Source of the DNA: the human T2T-CHM13v2.0 reference genome, Homo sapiens
Strand: one strand, 5' to 3'
Assembly: GCF_009914755.1 (NCBI RefSeq)
Contig: NC_060926.1
Length of the DNA stretch: 64,000 bases
Positions 15,472-32,046 of this stretch are shown in pieces (position 1 is the first letter of the stretch; every line of letters starts with the position of its first letter). The notes under the pieces were generated by a model. It was not told where the DNA came from and made no database searches. It saw nothing but the letters and a program-made list of their open reading frames with translations. Made by a program: the position numbers and the translations under genes.

Positions 15472-15835
15472 TGTATTTTTCAATATAAATCGTAAACCTG
15501 TGAGGAGATGGCCATGATGGATCATTCCTGGCTGAGCTCAGTACCCCTTACTATGGAGGTCTTCATACATATGCATGTCCAACTGGAAACAAGGAGGAAC
15601 TTATTACAGATTTACTGCTTCTTTAGCTTTATGTTTGAAGAAGATAAACTATCATGGAAAAGGGGAGTCATGTGGCCTTCGCATGAACGGAGGAATGTGG
15701 TGGTCTCTGGAATATGGAAGCAAGTAGAAGCTTTATACAACCTTCGGTTACTAATCACATCAGCAAGGGAATGGGGAACTAAAGACAGTAACTTTAAGAA
15801 TATAAAATGATTTCTTAGATTTTGTAACATTTCAT

Positions 15836-16335
15836 TGGTGGTAGGAAGACTAATGCCCTCTGTCATCACCAAAGATGCCCATGTCCTAATGCCCAGGATG
15901 TATGAGTATGCTAGTTTCCATGGCCAAGTGAATTAAGGTTGCTAATCAGCTGACCCTGAGATGGGGAGATTATCCTACATTTTCTGGATGGACCCAGTGT
16001 TATAATCAATGTCCTTATGAGTGGAAGAGGGAGGCAGAACAAGAGTGAGCATCATATTTGCATCTGGAGAAAGACTGCACAAGCCATTGCTGGCTTTGAA
16101 TATGAGAAGGAGTCCTAAGCCAAGGAAGGCAAGAGACCTCTACAAGCTGAAAAAAGCAAGGACACAGATGCTCCCCTCAAGCTTGCAGAAGGAACTAACC
16201 CTGCTGACAGCTTGGTTTTTAGCCCAGTGAGATTTATTTCAGACTTCTGACCTTCAAAACTGTAAGATAATAAGCTTGTGTCAAGTTGCTACATTCGTGG
16301 TAATTGGTTTACAGAGGCAATAGGAAAGTAACACA
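15836..16335 (+). mobile_element. MLT1D-like solo LTR
   Basis: ggtagg...aaagatgcccatgtcctaat...ttaaggttgctaatcagctgacc...gcaataggaaagtaacaca. Confidence 0.85.
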
Positions 16336-16353
16336 CTATACATAAATCTGTTA

Positions 16354-16389
<36 letters not shown>

Positions 16390-17329
16390 TATATGGCAAT
16401 AAATATTCTAAAAATGGGAGAAGACATTGCATGGGAATAGGCAGAGTCGTGGAGAGTTGGGATGGCGGTATCCTACTCCACAGTCTATTGTGTGTGGGTG
16501 GAAAGGAGGAGCAGAGTGTCTTCAAAGTAGCCTGTGTCATGCCCTCCCCTGTAAGGGAAGAAAACAGTCTCTGAGGGCAGGTGGATGAGAAGAAAGGGAT
16601 GATGTCAAGAGTCAGCCTGGCCTTGAGAAACTACTCCTAGGCTTTAGTTTAGAAAGAAGTACACAAAAGACATCTGAGGAAAAATTGTCACAAAAATGAT
16701 TGAAAGCACTACAGAAAATAATAAACATTTTTCTGTGAAATACAACTTCATAAAGATAAGTGATCTATTACTTTTCTTATAGGAATTAGAAGTTTGTGGG
16801 GTCTTTAAATTTTTTTTTGCCAGTTATAAAACAGACACACATTTGAAAGAAGAATGAAAACTAATATTTCAATTCTGATTTTAGAATACTTGTGTTTTGA
16901 AATCAGATTTTGTGGTTTGTTTAGACAAGAGGATCAAAGGAGAAGTCTAAATGAAATGGCAAATGGGGATTATGTTACTGCTTCTACATATCATATCTCA
17001 GAGATGGCTGAAATAGGTCAAAATATTGATTTTTGTGTGGTTAAAAATTACAAAATTAAAACAATGTAACAAGGCCAAATGTATGTATAGTCACCATCTC
17101 TTTCCTGGCCCAACTCTCTGAAAAATTTGGGTTGGCCTGTTTGACACTGCATGCTATCTCCCTTCCCACCCCCAGTCCTTCCATCTTATTTTTCAGTTGA
17201 GAGTAAATTAGTATGAAAGAATAGGAGGATAAATGATGGGTAATTGGCCTTGGAAAGGCTCATTTTTTTCTCATAAGAAATGAAAAAGAATATAGGCAGC
17301 AGAAAAGGGAAATTAAAAGGAAAGAACGG

Positions 17330-17618
17330 GGCTGAATACCCTGGGTGCCAGGGCTTAGGGAGGCCGAGGGTGGGGAATTCCTTGAGGCCAGCAGTTCAAG
17401 AGTAACCTGGGCAACATAGTGAGATCCATCTCTAAAATAAAAAATAAAAAATAATACTGGCATGATGGCACATGACTGAAGTCTTAGTTACTCAGGAGGC
17501 TGAGGCAGGAGGATTGCCTGAGCCCAGAAGTTCAAGGTTACAGTGAGCCATGATTGCACCACTGTGCTGTCCAGCCTGAACAACACAGTCAGGCACTATC
17601 TCTAAAAAATAAATAAAT
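17330..17618 (+). mobile_element. AluJ with degraded 5' end
   Basis: cctgggcaacatagtgaga and ggaggattgcctgagccc. Confidence 0.9.
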
Positions 17619-18246
17619 GAAAGAGCAGAGCTTATGCCAACCCTGTGTCACAAAACAGTTTTGATTGGGAGAGTTTTGAGTAAACTGTGTTGAGGAGTTT
17701 TGAGGGTGTCTCTGGGTTGAGAGAGTTACTGAGAAGAAAGAGAAAGTGGTATTTGTGTGTTATGAACTGGATCGTCTTGAATGTTTTTGAGCAGTAAATT
17801 ATTCCTTTTGATAATTAGACGTGTTTGTTAATGTGCTAAAATGGTGAGATTAGGCCACATGAAACTCATCTATTTATTTGGGTTACAACTATATGTGACA
17901 GTGTGCTATCATAGGTAGAAAATATTGCTAGCTAGCCATGTTGGTTAAACCCAACTCTTTGTCCTCTAGTTTGCACCCTTGCAACTGAACACAGCTGGAG
18001 AAGAGTACACGATTTTTGTTGCTGAATATTTTCACTTTGAATTTGATACCACGGGATTCCCACAGGAACAAGATTTTACCACATCTCCTTAGTAAATTCC
18101 GTTTTTCATGCCCAAGACAATTGTTTCACTTTTTATTTTTTCTTAAATCTTCAGCAGACTCAATTCTCCTTTCACTAAGGGAGGATTCAGAAGAGAATTT
18201 TTTCTAATCCTTTTAGGATTAGGAAATAGGCCTGAGGATTGACTCA

Positions 18247-18410
18247 GGCATGGTGAAGTCTTAGCTACTTAAGAGGCTGAGGCAGGAGGATTGCCCGAGC
18301 CCAGAAGTTCAAGGTTACAGTGAGCCATGATTGCACCACTGCACTCCAGCCTGGACAACACAGTGAGACCCTGTCTCTAAAAAATAAATAAAAGGAAAGA
18401 GCAGAGCTTA
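18247..18410 (+). repeat. Local duplicate of the AluJ right arm and 3' flank from 17477-17634
   Basis: Shares private variants and the non-Alu flank GAAAGAGCAGAGCTTA with the first copy. Confidence 0.85.
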
Positions 18411-18419
18411 ACTCTTAAC

Positions 18420-19630
<1,211 letters not shown>

Positions 19631-20174
19631 ACTATTTATCTTACTGTCCAGTTGAGATAATGGTTATCCTGTATTTTCTGATTTTTATTTCTTTATTTTT
19701 AATAGTTTCTTTTCCTCCTACCTCCAAACTTGTAAACTTTCCCTTTAGGTTTTTATTTTATTTTATTTTCAGTTTTCTTAAGTTAAAGTGCCTGTTATGG
19801 TATTTCCCACGTGGTAGGTGCTTAATATATGATTTTAAAAAAATTCATTAGGAATCTTTTCCACTTTCCTAGATTGAGCTCTCACTTCTCTGCACATATA
19901 TCCTAGTTCTTCTGCTGACCTAATATTTTTCCTGAGTAAATGCTCTAATTTTTCAAGACCATCTTGGGCTTATTTGTTTGATTAATCAACTTCTGTCTCA
20001 TTATGCTCCCAGTGCTTAAAATTGAACTGATGCCCTTCCCCCAGATCTTCCCCTCCTGGCAACCTTCTTTCTCACAGTGGTCTCAGGGATCTTGCTGTCT
20101 AGACTTCCAACCTCAGAGCTGGTTTTAGCTTTTCCCCTCCTTCAAATTCATTTCATATTAATTCTTCCTAAACA

Positions 20175-20466
20175 TTTTTTTTTTTGAGACAGGGTTTCAG
20201 TCTGTTGCCCAGGCTGAAGTACCGTGGCATGATTTTGGCTCACTGCAGCCTCAGCCCACCAGCCTCAAGTGATCCTCCCACCTCAGCCTCCAGAATAGCT
20301 AGGACTACAGGTGCACACCACCACACTCAGCTAGTTTTTGTGTTTTTGTAGAGACAGGGTTTTACCGTATCACTCAGGGTGGTCTCAAACTCTTGGGTTC
20401 AAGTGATATGCCCAGCTCAGCCTCCAAAAGTGCTGGAATTATAGGCATGAGCCGCTGTGTCCAGCC
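20175..20466 (-). mobile_element. AluJ
   Basis: gcctcaagtgatcctcccacctcagcc and cttgggttcaagtgat. Confidence 0.92.
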
Positions 20467-21529
20467 AACAACATGTCTTGAATCAGTCTTTTTTATTTAT
20501 ATTTGAAAAAAACATTTTGAGCAGTCACATTTTAGAGCAGGTCTTTATCTTTGTTTTGTTTTGGCTGCTATAGTTGCCTGGTCTCTGAGTTGTGCTCCTT
20601 ATCTTCTGTTTATTTTCTTAGCTCCTATTCAGCCGATGACAAAAATCTGGCATCATCCTCTCTTTTCCGTGTCGTCTTTGCTGTTTGTCTTATTCTGCCC
20701 AGAGTACCCTCTTTGCCGTCTCCTGAATATACCATGAAGCACCTTCCCTGCCTAAAACAACCTTTTTTCCTTCTTTCTAAGTCCTATACATGTTCCAAGA
20801 TATAGCTCAAAAGAAACACTAACTGGAAATGACTTTCTTTCACGTAGAAAGTCTATTCTATTCTCTTTCTCTCTTCCTTCCCCTCCCCTACTAAACTCTG
20901 TATCATTTATTGTCTCTGCAACTGACCTAGCCTTGACTTTTATTTAACTGCCATTCCATTTTGATATGCCGTGTATCTTCAGCTAAATTGTAAGCTTCCT
21001 GGGGAAGCGAATGCTGTTTCTATTTTACTGTGTCCTCTACCGTGCTCAGCATGGTATCCTGCAGGTGGGAGGTACTGAAAAAAGCATTTCTTAGTTGGCT
21101 ATTGGAAATAAATAATTGCCACAAAATTAAATACTGAAGGACTGTTTCAAGTAGTCCTTCAAAGTCCTTCAAAGAAAGGAAATACTGAAGGACTGTTTCA
21201 AAGTTGTTTTCCTCACCTTTCTCCCTGGGAACTTGCTCATATTCCTGGGTTGCCCTACTGTTTTCAATGGTGTATTTATCCTACCAATCACCTGAATAAA
21301 ATCGTGAAGACATTCATTTCTCCTCGTTCTATTTGTTATTATATCCAGTCATTTGCCAAATTCTATTAATTCTGTCTCATTTCTGGTAACTCTGTCTCAT
21401 TCTCTCCCTGTCCTCTGCCATTGTTCCAGACTTCATGTCCTTTCCTCTGAGTTGTTGCAATGGCTTTTCCTTCTGTTCTTGAGATATTTTCTTTCTCCCA
21501 ATCTTTTGCCTTATTCGTATTTCAAAATA

Positions 21530-22730
21530 TGTGTTTATTTGATATTGTTAAATATACTTTGAAAAAATACAAGTAAATGCAAGTTTGAAGAATAATGGTA
21601 AAATGAGCCCCAATCCAACAACTCAGGTTTAGAAATACAATATTGCCTGTACTCCCAATGTGTCTCTTTCTTATCACAATCAACTCCCTCTTACCCAGAG
21701 GAAAGCACTTTCCTTGATGTTTGTAATAATGTTTTCATTTCTTTTCTTTGGAGTTACCACTGATGGATGCTTCCCTAAAGAAAATAGCTCAGTTTTGAAC
21801 TTTATGTAAATGAAATTATACTGTATATGGATCTTCCGTGATTTGCTTCTTTCTCTCCACATTGTGTTTCTGAGATTCATCCATATAGTATCACGTCGCT
21901 GTATGTTTTTATTGCTGTATAGCCCTCTATTGAATGAATATTTCACAATTTACTTATTCATTCTATTATTAATGGGCATTTGGATTGTTTTCATTTTTAT
22001 TATTACAAACAGTGCTGCTCTGAACATTTTATGACTGTATCATGATATGGATGTGCATGAGATTGTGTGGGATTTGTATTTTAGAATGCACTGACTGGGC
22101 ATGTATATCTTCAATCTGCTACGAATGACAGGTTATTTTCCAACGTGATGAAACTAATTTACTTTCCTATTAGCATTATTTGGAGGTCTACAGTATTCCA
22201 TAGGTTAGTAATTTATGCTATCTTCAGGCTTTTTAAATTTTTTAATTTTTATTTTGTTTATGTGTGTGGATTTAAAGGTATCTTTGAAATTTTAATTTGC
22301 ATTTTTGTAAATAGTGGTGAAGTTGAGAATCTTTTCATGTTTACTGGCGTTTTGGATTTCCTTTTGTTGAATGTCTATTTAAGTCTTTGTACCCATTTGA
22401 GTATTTAGGTTTCTCTTTATTTCTTATAGATTTATAGTGATCTTTGTATATTCTTGGGATGACTGCTGCACTGGTTATATATGATGCAAATATATTTTTC
22501 TGCCATGTCTGTATTTTCGCTTTCCTTGTGATGTCTTTTAAAGTGAGAAGTTCTTAATTTTAATGTAGAGATGCTTATCAATAATTTATGAGTAGTACTC
22601 TTAGAATGTTGCTTAAGAAATCCTGTCCTACCCTGAAGTTATGCAGATATTTCCTATATCATTTTTTAAAAGATTTTAATATTTAAGTCTTCAGTCCATT
22701 TTTGATATTTGTTTATGCTGCTAGGCAGAA
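21530..22730 (-). mobile_element. Old L1M (L1ME-like) 3' region
   Basis: tttctgagattcatccat, atgggcatttggattgtttt and agttgagaatcttttcatgttt; peptide WMNLRNTM on the minus strand. Confidence 0.8.
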
Positions 22731-23749
22731 AGCAATAGCCTTTAAACTTTTTTGGTTTTCCTTCTAGTTTTTCTCCTCTCCCATCTGTCTAACACTTTGC
22801 AACCAGACTCACATCCCTAAAACACAACTTGAATAGTTTGCATATAAAAATTATGCAGCATGTTTCCCAGTACACAGTAAAAATTATATAACTAAATAAA
22901 CAATATTAATATAATTCAGTTGCCCAGAGAAAACATCCTAACATTTTTATCCCAAACTTTGAGATGTTTATTCAGTGACCCCAATCTACATTTGCAAGTT
23001 TTTACTCACCTCTTGAGTTCATAAAAAGATGTCAGCTATAGGTCTGCTTGCCATTGTAGCAAAGACTCTTGCTTTGATTCTCTTACCTCTGTGTCTTAGA
23101 CTTCTTGGATTTTTCTTTCAAAGCTCTTTTTGACCTCTTTGTCTATCCAGTTTTGAATGTTTAATGTCCTTCACATCTTATGAAATCTAGCTTATCCTCA
23201 AGTCCTTCCCTGGTCTCTTTAGTGAGAAATGTCCACCCTACTCTAATAGTACTTCGTTTTGTTTCTCAGCACATGGCTATGGTAAACCTGTATTTCTAGA
23301 TCTGACTCTCTGTAATACCACAAAATATTTTACATTAAAGTTAGTTGCTCCAGTGTCTTTGTCTCCAGTAGTTTGTGAACTGCCTTGGAGGGAATATTTA
23401 ATCTTAATAATGTTTGAATTTCACAAAGCATCAAACATCATGTTGTAGAATCTCGAAAATATTTTTTGAATGACTTCATTAATCAATTCATCCTATGTAT
23501 TTTCCTTTTCAAAGATTGGTTTAAGGCTATTTAATTATGAGGGTTTTTTTGCAAAAATATTTTGTGAAAATAGTGAAACTATTTAAAAGGCATGAATGGA
23601 GACTCTAAGCCCTTGTTTGTTGCCCTGTTCCCAGGGCACATTAGGCAGGAGATAGAAGATTTTCTTTATAGAAACAGTAATCTCAGAAGAAAGACCAAGG
23701 AATACTAGTATTTGGGGATCCCAAGTCTCCCTAAAATGTTACCACTTAA

Positions 23750-25100
<1,351 letters not shown>

Positions 25101-25587
25101 TGGGCGGTTATAGAACTGTAAATGTGCAACAGGCCCAAAAAAGCCACTAGTTCCAAAAACGAGTACCCATGAAGGGTACTGTTAATTTAAAAATGCATTG
25201 ATAGGTCATTAGATATATTTGTGTAGATGGTATGTCATGGTATTCTGAGTACAGCCCTGATTTATACTTATGGTTCTGGCATAATCATTGATAACACATA
25301 CTTTTACTCTCAGAAGCGACACAGGTAGAATATTAAATTACACAGTCACTCATGATATGTTGTACCATGTGAAAAATTGCATTGAAATGTTGCATTGAAA
25401 GTTCCCTGTGGTGTAGGAAGAAATAACTATAGGCAAAAAGCAATCTAAGCAAATAAAAAAGCATGTTTTTAATACCAAGGAGCACTAAATATTGTATAGA
25501 AAAGAAAATGTAATTATTGCTTATCACTGAAAAAAACTTACATAGATGCAGAACACAAATACCAAGTCACTGGTTTAACAACAACAA

Positions 25588-25589
<2 letters not shown>

Positions 25590-25625
<36 letters not shown>
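25590..25625. repeat. (CA)n microsatellite
   Basis: Visible directly. Confidence 0.95.
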
Positions 25626-25627
<2 letters not shown>

Positions 25628-25704
25628 TATGTATATACATACATATGTATATATATTATACATATAATAAAATTACATTGGACAATGGAAAAAGGAACTG
25701 AGGG

Positions 25705-26200
25705 CTATTAAAGATACATTCAACTATAACAGAAAATGCCAACTCAGTTTAAATTTAAATTTTATATCTCTCATAATAAGAAGTTTCGAGATAGGGAAGC
25801 TACAGCCATGGTACTGGCAGGGATTGGGCTCCACTTCTCTATGAATGTTAATTCTTCTCTCTGCTCTTTTGGCTTTATGCTCAGGCAGATAGCAAGATAG
25901 TTGCAGAAGTTCCAGTGATTGCATTCAATTATGATAAAGTCCAGACACAGAAAGCAAATGTACTCTTCTGATACCTCTTATAATCTAGGAAACCTTTCCT
26001 GGTAGCTCCCCAGCTACCTTCCCTGAAGTCTCTATGACAAGGTTTGGTTGCATATCTACACCTGCAACCAATCACTGTCAAGGAGAATGGACTACCATGA
26101 TGACAGAGTCTCAGACCCAGGGTAGACGTTGGGTAGGCATCCAACATTATCTGCTGAATTTGGGATAGGAAGTGCTGAGGGGTAGTGAGAGCTATGTTCT
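25705..26200 (-). mobile_element. Old MLT1-type LTR
   Basis: aacagaaaatgccaactca...ctcataataagaagt...gcaagatagttgcag...aaccaatcactgtcaaggagaatgg. Confidence 0.55.
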
Positions 26201-26694
26201 CATCCACCTTGGAAGTTAGTAGATAACTTCCTAACATGATGAATTAAGATATTAAAATATAATTATATTATTTAGAAAAGTGGTGGTCAATAACAGCAGA
26301 GATAAAAGCAAAAGCAGTTGCTCTAGCGAATAGGCAGTAAGTAAAGAAACAAGGATTTTGCTTTATTTTTTAACTTTCATATGGTCTTTTAATGTTATTT
26401 GATGTTTTAAACAATATGCATGTATGCGTGTATGTATTTGATAAAAATGTTACATAGAAAATAAAACCACAAATATTAAGCCTATTTTAAGTAACATCAT
26501 TATATTCCATTACAATTTTTCATTACTTTTAGTCAACTTTTGTTGAAATGTATTTAGGTTGTTGAAAATTTTTACTATTGCAAATCAGGAAGGGCGATCG
26601 TTGGTTCATTTAATATACTTTAGACACACTTATAAACATTAAATAAACTAGGGTTTAAGACAAGTTATTAGGAAGACAGTACTAAAGGATTAAA

Positions 26695-26885
26695 ATGGTG
26701 CTTCTCAATGTTGCATCACATATGAATCACATGGAGAGATGTTATAAAATCTCAGTGCTTGGACTGTACCCCAAACCAACAAAATGAAAACCTTTTTGGG
26801 GGTGTGGGGGCAACTACACAGACATGGGTAGTTTTATCTAGAAATCTCTTCTGGTGATCTAGTGAATACCAAAGTTTGAGATTCG
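26695..26885. mobile_element. MER5-type MITE
   Basis: gcttctcaatgttg...gaatcacatggagag...ccaaagtttgag. Confidence 0.6.
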
Positions 26886-29800
26886 GATAAATTCTTCTCT
26901 CTTCTCCTCACTCCCCACAAATTAAATCACGGTTTAAAAACATTTGGTATGTCTGTGGTGTAAGCTGAATCAAGACTAGAATTGTATCATTTCTCATACT
27001 CATTACTGTCTTCTTTGGATCTTCTCTTATCTCCAGTCCACTCCAACACTCCTACCACCATCCTTTAAGGCAAGGAATCTTAGGAAGCACAAAGATTATG
27101 ACTGGTGAATATTTTTCTTTCTTCATTCCTTATTTTGTATTATAATCAGTCTTCTCTTTCCTCTAGAGGAGTAAAAGATGTCCCATCTGTACTGTCCATT
27201 CTGAATGTTATGCTTCCTTAGCTGACCTCGCTTTCCTTTCAAGTGTATAATTAATATCTTGTCCATTCTTGTATTGCTCACATTTGGGATTCTTTCATAT
27301 AGTCTACTGGCTTGCACTTTTTAACGTGGAAAATTTTCTTTCACTTTTATATTCTATTTTGGCAAATAAATTTAGAGACTAAATATCTGTATTTTCCTTT
27401 TTTCTGCACTTTTTTTCTTATAATGGGGTTGTATTTTATATCAATATTTGTCATTACAAGAGAAGCAAAATTGATCATTTTCAAAAATTATTTGTGAAAA
27501 TGGACTTCTGAGTCTTTAATATATTCTGTTATTTTACCAATAGAAAAGTGCATTCAATTTACTTTTTTGATCAAAACCAAACTTGACAAATACATTGTAC
27601 TGTTATGCCATCTGTAGCAAGCTGTTGTAATTACCCATCTGTTTCAAATTGCTATTTTGCTAGTACATTCTTGCATTTTGTGTTTTGCATAATTAAGTTC
27701 ATTAAAGCAGCACCCTTGAGTTTTAATATTTAGGGTAATATTTTTGAACTCTGCTGTTTCGGAGAGTATAAGTCAGTATGTGGAGTTTTGATGAAAGTAG
27801 ATGTTTTATTCCTCACTGATTTGTGTTAATTTGAGACACAGTCTTTTAAAACTAAACTATCATGCGATAATGCATTGTGTAACCTCCTATCTTGAAAGAT
27901 TTTATTCTTAAATGAAAGTTAGGCTAAGTGGAATTGACAAGTAATGATGATTTCAATTATGCTCTTTTTCTCATTGTGCTTTATGTAAGCATTTAATGAA
28001 TGTTCATCTGAACTTGATATTTATTTTCATCTTGCCATTGATAATTGTTTTCTCCTTGCATTGTATATTGTTACCTCTATAATATTTTAGTATTCTTATG
28101 ATTCAAAAATGCTTTATATATAGTTTGTATCAAAATATACTGTTTTACTTTAAAAAATTTTTACTTTAAGTTCCAGGGTACATGTGCATGTTTGTTACAT
28201 ACGTAAATGTGTGCCATGGTGTTTTGCTGCAGCTATCAACCCATCACCTAGGTATTAAGCCCAGCATGCATTAGCTACTTTTCCTAATGCTCTCCCTCCC
28301 CTGAACCCCCCGCCCCGCACAGGCCCCAGATTGTGTTGTTCTCCTCCCTGTATCCATGTGTTCTCATTGTTCAGCTCCCATTTATAAGTGGGAAAATGTG
28401 GGATTTGGTTTTCTGTTCCTGCATTGGTTTGCTGAGGATAATGGCTTCCAGCTCCATCCATGTCCCTACAGAGGACATGATCTCATTCCTTTTAATGGCT
28501 GCATAGTATTCCATTGTGTATATGTACCACATTTTCATTATCCAGACTATCATTCGTGGGCATATGGGGTGATTCCATGTCTTTGCTGTTGTGAATAGTG
28601 TTACAGTGAACATACATGTGCATGTAACTTTATAGTAGAATGATTTGTATTCCTTCAGTTTTATACCCAGTAATGAGATTGCTGGGCCAAATGATATTTC
28701 TGGTTCTAGGTCTTTGAGGAATCACCATGCTTTCCTCCACAATGATTAAACTAATTTACATTCCCACCAACAGTGTAAAAGCGTTCCTGTCTCTCTTCAG
28801 GTTTACCAGCATTTGTTGTTTCTTCACTGTTTAATAATTGCCATTCTGACTGGCATGACATTATATTTTATTGTGGTTTTGATTTACATTTCTCTAAGGT
28901 CAGTGATGTTGAGGTTTTTTCATATGTTTTTTGGCCACATAAATGTCTTATTTTGAGAAGTGTCTTTTCATGTCCTTTGCCCACTTTTTAATGGTTTGTT
29001 TTTTTTTTTTTTGTAAATTCTTTTAAGTTCCTGGTAGACTCTGGATATTAGACCTTTGTCAGATGGATAAATTGCAAAATTTTTCTCCCATTCTGTAGGT
29101 TGCCTGTTCACTCTGATGATAGTTTCTTTTGCTGTGCAGAAGCTCTTTAGTTTCATTAGATCCCATTTGTCAATTTTTGCTTTTGTTGCAATTGCTTTTG
29201 ATGTTTTCATCATAAAATCTTTGCCTGTGCCTATGTCCTGAATGGTATTGTCTAGATTTTCTCCTAGGGTTTTATAGTTTTGGGCTTTACATTTAAGTCT
29301 TTACTTAATTTTTGTATAAGGTGTAAGGAAGGGGTCTGGTTTCAATCTTCTGCATAGGGCTAGCCAGTTCTCCCAGCACTATTTATTGAATAGGGGATGC
29401 TTTTCCCATTGTTCATTTTTGTCTGGTTTATCAAAGATAAGATGGTTGTGGATGTGTGGTCTCATTTTTGAGGTCTCTATTCTGTTCCATTGGTCTATGT
29501 GTCTGTTTTTGCATCAGTACCATGCTGTTTTGGATACTGTGGCCTTGTAATATAGTTTGAAGTCAGGTAGTTTGATGCCTCTGGCTTTGTTCTTTTTTCT
29601 TAAGGTTGTCTTGGATGTATAGGCTCTTTTTTGGTACTACATGAATTTTAAAATAGTTTTTTCTAGTTCAGTGAAGAATGTCAATGGTAGTTTGATGGAA
29701 ATAGCATTCAATCTATAAATTGCTTTGGGCAGTATGGCCATTTTTATGATATTGATTCTTCCTATCCATGAGCATAAAATGCTTTTTCATTTGTTTGTGT

Positions 29801-30585
29801 TCTCTCTGATTTCCTTGAGCAATGGCTTCTAGTTCTCCTTGAAGAGGTCCTTCACTTCCCTTGTTAGCTGTATTCCTACATATTTTATTCTCCTTTTAGC
29901 AACTGTGAATGGGAGTTCATTCATGATTTGGCTGTTTGCTTCTCTGTTTTTGATGTATAGGAATGCTTGTGATTTTAGCACCTTGATTTTGTATCCTGAG
30001 ACTTTGCTGAAGGTGCTTATCAGCTAAAGGAGCTGAGACGATGGGGCTTTCTAGATAAAAGATCATGTCATCTGCAAACAAAGACAATTTGACTTTCTCT
30101 CTTCCTGTTTTATTTCTTTCTCTTGCCTGATTTCCTTGTCCAGAACTTACATTACTATGTTGAATAGGAGTGGTGAGAGAGGGCAGCCTTGCCTTGTGCC
30201 AGTTTTCAAGGTGAATGCTTTCAGCTTTTGCCCATTCATTATGATATTGTCTGTGGGTTTGTCATAGATGAATCTTATTATTTAGAGGTACTTTTCTTCA
30301 ATACTTCGTTTATTAAACGTTTTTAACATGAAGGGATGTTGAATTCTATTGAAGTCCTTTTCTGGATCTATTGAGATAACCCCATGTTTTCTTATCTTTA
30401 GTTCTGTTTATGTGATGAGTTACATTTATTGATTTGCATATGTTGAACCAGCCTTGCATCCTGGGTATGAAGCCAACTTGACTGTGGTGGATAAGCTTTT
30501 TGATATGCTACTGGATTCAGTTTGCCAGTATTTTATTGAGGGTTTTTGTATCAATGTTCATCAGAGATATTGGCCTGAAGTTTTC

Positions 30586-30914
<329 letters not shown>

Positions 30915-31132
30915 TCAGGATGATGCTGGTCTCATAAAATGAGTTAGGGGAGAGTCCCTCCTTTTAAATTGTTTGAAATAGTTTCAGAAGAAATGGTACC
31001 AGCTCCTCTTTGTATCTCTTATAGAATTTAGCTGTAAATCTGTCTGGTCCTAAGCTTTTTTTTTGGTTGATAGGCTATTACTGCCTCAATTTCAGAACTT
31101 ATTATTGGTCTATTCAACTTATTCCTGGTTCA

Positions 31133-31297
<165 letters not shown>

Positions 31298-31740
31298 CTA
31301 GCTAGCAGTCTATTCTTTTTTATTAGTCTACCTAGCAGTCTATTAATTTTTTCAAAAACCCTGCTTCTGGGTTTGTTGATTTTTTTGAAGACTTTTCTGT
31401 ATGTCTATCTCCTTCAGTGCTGCTCTGATCTTGGTTGTTTCTTGTCTTCTGCTGGCTTTAGAATTTGTTTGCCCTTGGTTCTCTAGTTCTTTTAGTTGTG
31501 ATGTTAAGGAGGTTGATTTGAGATCTTTCTAGCTTTTTGATGTGGGCACTTAGTGCTATAAATTTCCCTCTTAACACTGCTTTTGGCTGTGTCTCAGAGA
31601 TTCGAGTTTGTTGTCTCTTTGTTCTCATTAGTTTCAAAGAACTTCTTGATTTCTGCCTTAATTTCATTATTTACCCAGGAGTTATTCAGGAGTAGGTTTT
31701 TCAATTTCCATGTAGTTGTGTGGTTTTGAATGAGTTTCTT

Positions 31741-32046
<306 letters not shown>

